A stretch of 61,265 bases of DNA, filler included. It is 7 parts of 7 records of this genome, joined end to end, with 100 filler letters (N's around TTAATTAATTAA, not from the genome) between each part and the next. Parts side by side here need not be neighbours in the genome. Positions count along the whole stretch, not along the records: positions 52,084 to 61,265 come from SRR2962707_5148; 6 more parts are not named here. One strand, written 5' to 3'. Positions 54,363 through 61,265 of the stretch are shown one piece after another. The translations under genes were made by a program, and so were the position numbers. The notes below the pieces were generated by a model. That model was given only the letters and a program-made list of their open reading frames with translations, was not told the DNA's origin and did no database searches. The stretch's first letter is position 1; every line of letters starts with the position of its first letter.

Positions 54363-55491
54363 CCTGACAGGCGGGCAAATCTTGGGCGAGGGCGGGCTGG
54401 TTCCGCGCGTTCTGTCGATCGCGGATGGGCTGGTCGTTGACGTCCGTCAACAACGCTCGGTCGATCTGAGCGGTTATATGATTTTGCCCGGTATCGTTGA
54501 CGTGCATGGTGACGGGTTCGAGCGTCACCTTGCCCCGCGACGCGGTGCGATGAAGACACTTTCCGAAGGGTTGGTCGCCGCCGAAGCAGAGCTGGCCGCG
54601 AACGGGATCACCACTGCGGTGTTGGCGCAATTCGTCAGTTGGGAAGGCGGGCTGCGCGGGCCAGAATTTGCCAAACAGGTGTTTGACGCAATGCGCAGCA
54701 CAGCGCCCGGATTGGTCACGGACCTGCGCGGACAGTTGCGGTTCGAGACGCATATGCTTGATCTGTATGATGAAATCCCACAGCGGATGGCCGAGTGGGG
54801 ATTGTCATATATCGTGTTCAACGACCATCTGCCGCATGAACGTCTGTCCGAGGGGCGCGTGCCAAAACGTATGGTGGCGCAGGCGCTTAAGGCCGGGCGA
54901 AACCCGGACGCGCATTTGAAGTTGATGCAGGAACTACACGCCAATCGCGACGCGGTGCCTGCCGCGCTGGACGATCTTTGCAGCACCCTTGCAGCCCTTG
55001 GCATTCAAATGGGCAGCCATGATGACACCACGGCGCAGGGCCGTGCGGCATGGCGCAAGCGTGGTGTTCAGGTGGCCGAGTTCCCAGAGACATTGGAAGC
55101 CGCCGAAGCCGCAGCAGAGGCCGGTGATCTGGTGGTGCTGGGGTCGCCTAATGTGGTGCGCGGCGGGTCGCATAACGGCAATGTATCGGCAGTGGACCTG
55201 ATCGCGATGGGCGTCGGCGCGGCGCTGGCATCGGACTATCATTACCCGTCGCCCAGACGTGCCGCGTTCATGCTGGCCGATAGCGGCGTGATGCCGTTGC
55301 ACGATGCGTGGCGGCTGGTTTCAGCAGGCCCAGCGGATGTTTTGGGTCTGGCTGATCGCGGGGACCTGAGCCTTGGCAAAAGGGCCGATCTGGTGGTGCT
55401 GGATGCAAAAACGCGCCGTGTCGCGATGACGATGTCAGGCGGGCGCGTCAGCTATATGTCGGGTGACATCGCGATGCGTTTTACCGCTTGA
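54349..55491 (+). CDS. PhnM-like amidohydrolase (alpha-D-ribose 1-methylphosphonate 5-triphosphate diphosphatase family)
   Basis: [59 protein letters not shown] before ATG 54349. Confidence 0.85.
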   Translation: MLNLDLTGGQILGEGGLVPRVLSIADGLVVDVRQQRSVDLSGYMILPGIVDVHGDGFERHLAPRRGAMKTLSEGLVAAEAELAANGITTAVLAQFVSWEGGLRGPEFAKQVFDAMRSTAPGLVTDLRGQLRFETHMLDLYDEIPQRMAEWGLSYIVFNDHLPHERLSEGRVPKRMVAQALKAGRNPDAHLKLMQELHANRDAVPAALDDLCSTLAALGIQMGSHDDTTAQGRAAWRKRGVQVAEFPETLEAAEAAAEAGDLVVLGSPNVVRGGSHNGNVSAVDLIAMGVGAALASDYHYPSPRRAAFMLADSGVMPLHDAWRLVSAGPADVLGLADRGDLSLGKRADLVVLDAKTRRVAMTMSGGRVSYMSGDIAMRFTA

Positions 55492-56548
55492 TGATATTGA
55501 CGTGGCCCATTTTACGGCCCGCTTTCACGTCGACTTTGCCATATAGGTGGAGCGCTGTATCGTGTTGCTTGGCCAGTTCTGGCACGCGGTCCATGTCGTC
55601 ACCGATCAGGTTTTCCATCACCACATCGGCATAGCGGCTGCCATCGCCCAAGGGCCAGCCCGCGATGGCGCGAATGTGCTGTTCGAACTGGTCAATGGCG
55701 CAGCCGTTTTGCGTCCAATGGCCGGAATTATGCACGCGCGGGGCGATTTCATTCACGATAAACCCTTGCGGTGTCACGAACAGTTCCACACCCAGAACGC
55801 CGACATAATCAAGCGCGTTCAATATCTTGGCTGCCATCAACACGGCATCCATTCGCAAAGAGCCGGACAAATTTGCAGGCACAGTCGTTGTGTGGAGGAT
55901 GCCATCACGGTGGACGTTTTCGCCGGGATCGAAACAGGAAACCTCGCCCGAGGGGCTGCGTGCCGCGATAACGGAAACTTCGGAGGTGAAGTTGACGAAG
56001 CCTTCCAGAACCGCAGGGCTGCCAGCCATATCATCAAGCGCTGTCTGCGCGTCATCGGCAGAGCGCAGTCGCGATTGGCCTTTGCCGTCATAGCCAAACC
56101 GGCGGGTTTTCAAGATCGACGGCGTGCCGATGGTTTGCATCGCGGCATCAAGATCTCCGGCGCTGGCGATGTCAGCAAAGGGGGCGACGCGCAGGCCCAG
56201 CCCCTCAAGGAATGTCTTTTCGGTCAGGCGATCCTGACTGGTGCGCAAAGCCTCGCGATTTGGATGGATCGTGCGGATGGTTTCGATCACGTCCAACGCT
56301 TCGGTCGGGATGTTCTCGAATTCATAGGTGACAACATCAACGGCATTGGCAAACGCTTTGAGCGCTTCAACATCGTCATAGCCCGCAGTGGTGACGCGGT
56401 GGGCAACATCCGCGGCGGGCGGGTTCGCGCCGGGTTCAAAGATATGCGTGCGAAACCCCAGACGTGCGGCAGCGACAGAGAGCATCCGCCCCAACTGCCC
56501 GCCACCCAAAATACCGATGGTCGCACCGGTTGCCAAAGGATCAGTCAT
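55481..56548 (-). CDS. purK: N5-carboxyaminoimidazole ribonucleotide synthase
   Basis: [44 protein letters not shown]; start overlaps the purE stop. Confidence 0.97.
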   Translation of the reverse strand: MTDPLATGATIGILGGGQLGRMLSVAAARLGFRTHIFEPGANPPAADVAHRVTTAGYDDVEALKAFANAVDVVTYEFENIPTEALDVIETIRTIHPNREALRTSQDRLTEKTFLEGLGLRVAPFADIASAGDLDAAMQTIGTPSILKTRRFGYDGKGQSRLRSADDAQTALDDMAGSPAVLEGFVNFTSEVSVIAARSPSGEVSCFDPGENVHRDGILHTTTVPANLSGSLRMDAVLMAAKILNALDYVGVLGVELFVTPQGFIVNEIAPRVHNSGHWTQNGCAIDQFEQHIRAIAGWPLGDGSRYADVVMENLIGDDMDRVPELAKQHDTALHLYGKVDVKAGRKMGHVNIIKR

Positions 56549-57029
56549 CGGAAGGCTCCTGCGGGATTGAGGCGCTGAGAGCGTCGCGCCAGTCGTCGAG
56601 CCGTTTGGCAAGTGCATCATCCTGAAGCGCCAGAATGCTGGCGGCCATCAACGCCGCATTGGCAGCACCCGCAGCGCCGATTGCCATCGTGGCCACGGGA
56701 AACCCGCGTGGCATTTGCAAAATAGAATACAGCGAATCGACACCAGACAACGCCTTAGTCTGCACCGGAACGCCAATCACAGGCACGCGGGTTTTTGACG
56801 CCATCATGCCGGGCAAATGTGCCGCCCCGCCAGCCCCTGCGATGATCACCTGCAATCCGCGATCTACCGCCGTTTTGCCATAGTCCCACAACCGGTCGGG
56901 GGTGCGGTGGGCCGATACGATCTTGGCCTCATAGGCGATGCCCAATTCATCTAGCAAACTCGCGGCCTCGCGCATCGTGCTCCAATCGGATTGAGAGCCC
57001 ATGATGATACCGACGGGGGGATTTTCCAT
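56541..57029 (-). CDS. purE: N5-CAIR mutase
   Basis: [37 protein letters not shown]. Confidence 0.98.
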   Translation of the reverse strand: MENPPVGIIMGSQSDWSTMREAASLLDELGIAYEAKIVSAHRTPDRLWDYGKTAVDRGLQVIIAGAGGAAHLPGMMASKTRVPVIGVPVQTKALSGVDSLYSILQMPRGFPVATMAIGAAGAANAALMAASILALQDDALAKRLDDWRDALSASIPQEPSDD

Positions 57030-57100
57030 ATTGGATATGCCTTTACTAGATCGCCTAAGAAAGGCGTACTATAGCCATCATGGGTGGGGTGGCAATCGGA

Positions 57101-57325
57101 TCAGGCCGTTATATCGGGTGTTAAACGGTCTTCGATCTGGGCAATCAAATCTTTCAGGCGCAGCTTGCGCTTTTTCAGACGTTGCAGCGTTAATGCATCT
57201 GCCGTCCCTTTCTCAACAAGGGCTTGGATCGCATCATCAAGATCGCGGTGTTCGCGACGGAACACAGCTAGCTCGACGCGCAGGACGTCGTCGTTTTTCA
57301 TCGACAGGTCAGTTGGGGCATTCAT
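57101..57325 (-). CDS. DUF465/YdcH-family small coiled-coil protein
   Basis: EHRDLDDAI..LQRLKKRKLRLKD..PDITA. Confidence 0.88.
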   Translation of the reverse strand: MNAPTDLSMKNDDVLRVELAVFRREHRDLDDAIQALVEKGTADALTLQRLKKRKLRLKDLIAQIEDRLTPDITA

Positions 57326-57392
57326 ATGGCTGGGCGATTCTTCCTTTGATCAGGTCTTATAACATAAGCGTTAGCCAATCATTGGCATAGCC

Positions 57393-57421
57393 CTTGCTTA
57401 TGCCACGTCTGCTCCCCATAT
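57393..57421 (+). promoter_or_regulatory. RpoH (sigma-32) promoter of the Hsp20 gene
   Basis: CTTG-N17-CCCCATAT directly upstream of a small heat-shock gene. Confidence 0.8.
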
Positions 57422-57429
57422 TTAGGGGG

Positions 57430-57491
57430 TAGGTCGCCGATATAGGGGCCTGAATGATTGACTGTCGCTTGACTTAAGGACGTGTCTTATG
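57430..57491 (+). promoter_or_regulatory. ROSE-like RNA thermometer in the Hsp20 5' UTR
   Basis: GTCGCTT (UCGCU motif) pairs with the SD-containing AAGGAC, leaving one bulged G; a second hairpin lies upstream. Confidence 0.7.
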
Positions 57492-57905
57492 ACGAAATTA
57501 ACGCTAGCTTCTTACCCGCATATGTTGGGTTTTGAGCAACTGGAACGAGTGTTGGAGCGTACTGCCAAGGCAGGAAACGAAGGGTATCCCCCTTTCAACA
57601 TCGAACAGACATCAGATTATAGCTACCGCATAACGCTGGCGGTTGCAGGATTTGCAGAAGAAGATTTGGCAATCACCGTCGAAGATCGGCAATTGGTGAT
57701 ACGAGGCCGCCAAACCGATGGCCCGGATGACCGGATTTTCCTGCATCGCGGGATCGCAGCGCGCCAATTCCAACGGTCATTCGTATTGGCCGACGGGGTC
57801 GAAATCGGCGAAGCCTTGATGGAAAACGGTCTGCTTCATGTGGATCTAAGCCGTTCGAAGCCGGAAAAAGTAGTTCAGACGATTAAAATCAGAAAAGGGG
57901 AATAA
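57489..57905 (+). CDS. Hsp20/IbpA-family small heat-shock protein
   Basis: YPPFNIE, YRITLAVAGF, FLHRGIAARQFQRSF, ENGLLHVDL. Confidence 0.95.
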   Translation: MTKLTLASYPHMLGFEQLERVLERTAKAGNEGYPPFNIEQTSDYSYRITLAVAGFAEEDLAITVEDRQLVIRGRQTDGPDDRIFLHRGIAARQFQRSFVLADGVEIGEALMENGLLHVDLSRSKPEKVVQTIKIRKGE

Positions 57906-57906
57906 A

Positions 57907-58125
57907 ATGCACAATACAGAAACGCATCTTAAGGACCGGACCGTATACGTGAAAACGATTGCTGTCTCGGACCTGCCCCTTGAAGTGCGCGAACAGGCCG
58001 AAGGGCTTGAGCAGCTTTATGCGGTTCATGATGCAAAGGGCCAGCAATTGGCGCTGGTCGGTGATCGGAAGCTGGCCTTTAGCTTGGCCCGCGACCACGA
58101 TTACGCGCCGGTGATGGTACACTAA
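57907..58125 (+). CDS. DUF1150-family protein
   Basis: VYVK..DLP..LYAVHDAKGQQLALV.DR..AF..AR.HD..PV.VH; usual Hsp20 partner in Alphaproteobacteria. Confidence 0.88.
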   Translation: MHNTETHLKDRTVYVKTIAVSDLPLEVREQAEGLEQLYAVHDAKGQQLALVGDRKLAFSLARDHDYAPVMVH

Positions 58126-58149
58126 GACCTCACCGGTAAGACGAATACG

Positions 58150-58178
58150 AAAGGGCCGCGCATCAGTGCGGCCTTTTC
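58150..58178 (+). terminator. Intrinsic terminator after hsp20-DUF1150
   Basis: AAAGGGCCGCGC-atca-GTGCGGCCTTTT. Confidence 0.82.
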
Positions 58179-58229
58179 TATTTTTGGTACTGTGGTTAGG
58201 AAGACAGTGATTTATCTAGAGGTGCCGCG

Positions 58230-59090
58230 ATGACTGAACCTGCGATAGCTGTTTTGCCCTACGGTAGTAAACTGGGCAGACGTTTGGCAAAGCGTAACCT
58301 TGATGATCTGGTTTGGCCTTTGGGGCGGCCTGACCGGCTGGCACAGGGCACAGTGGCATCGCTGGACAAAAATGATCACCTGATCATTTTCCCCAAGACC
58401 AATATGCATTTTTTGCCAAATTTGGGGACGAAGGCGCATGTTTCGCCACTTGTGATCGAGCCGGCAATCATCCACGCGCGTCATCTTCGTTGGTTGCGCT
58501 GGACATATCGTCGCTTTTTCAAGGTCTTGGCATTTAATCAGGACCTGTTGCAGCGCATTCCAAACGGATTGTTTTTGGCGTTCGGAACGACGTGGGTGCC
58601 GGAATACAAAGATATATCAGTCGCCAAAAGCAAACATATGTCACTGATCGCCTCTGGAAAGCGCGACCACGAGGGGCATATTTTACGCCACAGCCTGGTT
58701 GAATATGTGCAGGCAAAGGGCCTTGATGTGACGGTTCTGGGTCGGGGCTATGCCCCGTTCGACGCAAAAAGCGAGGGGCTGGCTCCCTACCGTTTTTCGG
58801 TTGTTATCGAAAACGTCCGTGAACCCAACTATTTCACCGAAAAGCTGGTTGATGCCGTTCTGTGCGAGACGGTCCCGATCTATTGGGGCTGCCCGAATAT
58901 CGGCGATTTTTTTGATACCGACGGGATGATTATTTGCGAAACCCAAGAAGAGCTTGAGCAGGCCGTCGCTACAGCATCCGAGGCGCAATATGAACGGCTT
59001 GCCCCCGCTTTACGTGCTGCGAAATCACAAGCCGCGTCTTTTGCCGACGTCGAAAAGCGCGCGGCAGAAACGTTAAAGGCTAGCCTGTAG
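58230..59090 (+). CDS. Glycosyltransferase family 10-like (alpha-1,3-fucosyltransferase motif) protein
   Basis: YRFSVVIEN..NYFTEKLVDAVLCETVPIYWG. Confidence 0.8.
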   Translation: MTEPAIAVLPYGSKLGRRLAKRNLDDLVWPLGRPDRLAQGTVASLDKNDHLIIFPKTNMHFLPNLGTKAHVSPLVIEPAIIHARHLRWLRWTYRRFFKVLAFNQDLLQRIPNGLFLAFGTTWVPEYKDISVAKSKHMSLIASGKRDHEGHILRHSLVEYVQAKGLDVTVLGRGYAPFDAKSEGLAPYRFSVVIENVREPNYFTEKLVDAVLCETVPIYWGCPNIGDFFDTDGMIICETQEELEQAVATASEAQYERLAPALRAAKSQAASFADVEKRAAETLKASL

Positions 59091-59103
59091 CGGCTAGCCT
59101 TTA
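59074..59103. terminator. Bidirectional hairpin between the GT10-like gene and sat-cysC
   Basis: TAAAGGCTAGCC-tgtagc-GGCTAGCCTTTA: a 12-bp stem that spans the GT10-like stop codon. Confidence 0.75.
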
Positions 59104-59132
59104 CGGTTTTCGTTCGACCGAATTAACGTTGA

Positions 59133-60845
59133 TCAGCCCTTGATCAGCCCCATGCTTTCAAGCTTCAAAAGCACTTGATGGGCGCAGTTGTCGACATCGA
59201 CGTTTTCAGTCTCAACGGCCAGTTCCGGGTTTTCAGGCACATCGTAAGGGTCTGAGATGCCTGTGAATTCCTTGATCTTGCCTTCGCGGGCCAGCTTGTA
59301 CAGACCCTTGCGGTCGCGGCGTTCGCATTCCTCGATCGATGTTGCGACGTGGATTTCCACGAAAGCGCCGAACGCTTCGACGTCTTCGCGTACCGCGCGG
59401 CGGGTGGTCGCATATGGCGCAATCGGCGCGCAGATTGCGATGCCGCCGTTTTTGGTGATCTCGGACGCGACATAGCCGATGCGGCGGATGTTCAGGTCCC
59501 GGTGTTCTTTGCTAAAGCCCAGTTCCGACGACAGGTTTTTGCGCACGATGTCACCGTCCAGCAGCGTTACCGGACGGCCGCCCATTTCCATCAGCTTGAC
59601 CATCAAGGCATTGGCGATGGTGGATTTTCCCGAGCCCGAGAAACCGGTGAAAAACACGGTAAAGCCCTGCTTGTTGCGTGGCGGGCGGGTGCGGCGTAGC
59701 TCGGCGACGACCTCGGGGAAAGAGAACCATTCAGGGATCTCAAGACCTTCTTGCAGACGGCGGCGCAGCTCGGTGCCCGAGATGTTCAGGATAGTGATGC
59801 CATCTTTGTCTTTGATCTCGTCGATGGCCTCGTATTGGGCGCGTTCTTGCACCCAGACCATGTGTTTGAAATCGACCATTTCGATGCCCATTTCCTCTTG
59901 ATGCTCGCGGAACAGGTCCTGCGCATCATAGGGGCCATAGAAATCTTCGCCTTTGGAGTTGTTGCCGGGGCCAGCGTGATCGCGGCCGACGATGAAATGG
60001 GTGCAACCGTGGTTTTTGCGGATCAGACCGTGCCAGACGGCCTCGCGGGGGCCGGCCATGCGCATGGCTAGGTTCAGCAGGCTCATCGACGTGGTCGCGG
60101 CGGGGTATTTGTTCAGCACCGCCTCGTAGCAGCGCACGCGGGTAAAGTGATCAACATCGCCGGGCTTGGTCAGGCCGACAACGGGGTGGATCAACAGGTT
60201 GGCCTGCGCCTCGCGGGCGGCGCGGAACGTCAGTTCCTGGTGCGCGCGGTGCAGCGGGTTACGGGTTTGGAACGCCACAACTTTACGCCAGCCCATCTTG
60301 CGGAAATAGGCGCGCAATTCGTTTGGCGTGTCGCGACGCGCCTTGAAATCATAGTGAACAGGCTGCTGGATGCCCGTGATCGGGCCACCCAAATAGACGT
60401 TGCCAGCCGTGTTGTGCAGATAGTTCACGGCAGGGTGGGCGCTGTCATCGGCACCGAATACTTTTTCCGCCTCGTTTGCCTTGTTGGGTGTCCAACGGTC
60501 GGTGACGGTCATGATGGCAAGAATAACGCCTTCTTGATCGCGCAGGGCGATGTCTTGGCCAATCTCAAGCCCTTCGGCGAATTTATCGGACACATCCAGG
60601 TTGATCGGCATCGGCCACAGCGAGCCATCGGCCAGACGCATGTTTTCGACAACGCCATCATAGTCTTCTTCGGTCAAGAAACCCTTAAGCGGGTTGAAAC
60701 CGCCGTTCATCAGCAGTTCAAGATCGCAAATCTGGCGCGGGGTCAGATCATGGCTGACCAACTCGCCCGCCTCGATCTTCAGCTTTTGCGCCGAATCGTA
60801 AGAGACATAAAGTTCGGGGATCGGGGCTAGGTTCGGCGTCTGCAT
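59133..60845 (-). CDS. sat: Bifunctional sulfate adenylyltransferase / adenylylsulfate kinase (Sat-CysC)
   Basis: AFQTRNPLHRAH, VGRDHAG, P-loop GFSGSGKST, LLDGDIVR, FTGISDPY. Confidence 0.96.
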   Translation of the reverse strand: MQTPNLAPIPELYVSYDSAQKLKIEAGELVSHDLTPRQICDLELLMNGGFNPLKGFLTEEDYDGVVENMRLADGSLWPMPINLDVSDKFAEGLEIGQDIALRDQEGVILAIMTVTDRWTPNKANEAEKVFGADDSAHPAVNYLHNTAGNVYLGGPITGIQQPVHYDFKARRDTPNELRAYFRKMGWRKVVAFQTRNPLHRAHQELTFRAAREAQANLLIHPVVGLTKPGDVDHFTRVRCYEAVLNKYPAATTSMSLLNLAMRMAGPREAVWHGLIRKNHGCTHFIVGRDHAGPGNNSKGEDFYGPYDAQDLFREHQEEMGIEMVDFKHMVWVQERAQYEAIDEIKDKDGITILNISGTELRRRLQEGLEIPEWFSFPEVVAELRRTRPPRNKQGFTVFFTGFSGSGKSTIANALMVKLMEMGGRPVTLLDGDIVRKNLSSELGFSKEHRDLNIRRIGYVASEITKNGGIAICAPIAPYATTRRAVREDVEAFGAFVEIHVATSIEECERRDRKGLYKLAREGKIKEFTGISDPYDVPENPELAVETENVDVDNCAHQVLLKLESMGLIKG

Positions 60846-61012
60846 AAGAATCTCGCAATATATTAGTACAAATGGCGGTTTTGCCGGGGTTTAGACCGGT
60901 GCGTTTGGGCTAATCAAGGCTTGCGTCCTGTTTGCGGTAAATTACGGACAATGACGTGATTTTTGCTGGGAAATGGCAATTCTTTCCCAACAAATCATCG
61001 TCAGCCCGAAAG

Positions 61013-61265
<253 letters not shown>

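Noticed and set aside
55547-56578. 343-aa plus-strand ORF, and similar antisense ORFs over caiB, sat and the TRF-like gene
   Set aside because: Shadow frames opposite well-supported genes.

Overview
This window is not one locus. It is seven unrelated contigs joined by identical 100-nt artificial spacers (N44-TTAATTAATTAA-N44). Four contigs (1-5711, 5812-15267, 21866-27935, 28036-44702) come from a gene-dense, intron-rich protist, probably flagellated. Each holds exactly one tail-to-tail gene pair: TTLL glutamylase/arylsulfatase; SIM-SNF2-RING helicase/orphan; cytochrome P450/telobox-Myb TRF-like protein; giant EF-hand-pseudohydrolase-IQ protein/triple-SPRY kinase. Three contigs are bacterial: Flavobacteriaceae-like (15368-21765: S9 peptidase, tRNA-Gln, DUF2723), Marinobacter-like (44803-51983: ADPS-like/GlpD-like/FGGY operon, CtaG, SCO, CaiB, MksE) and Roseobacter-like (52084-61265: groEL end through purKE, Hsp20, sat-cysC, trxB). 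The mix looks like a xenic marine protist culture or metagenome; all taxonomy is inferred from composition and gene style. The most interesting candidates are a PINK1-like kinase with three SPRY domains in place of a mitochondrial leader, an anchorless P450 with a PTS2-like peroxisomal signal, a giant protein with two apparently unnamed internal repeats and a Ser-less hydrolase fold, and a putative bacterial ether-lipid pathway. All exon models were built by hand; no database searches were run.
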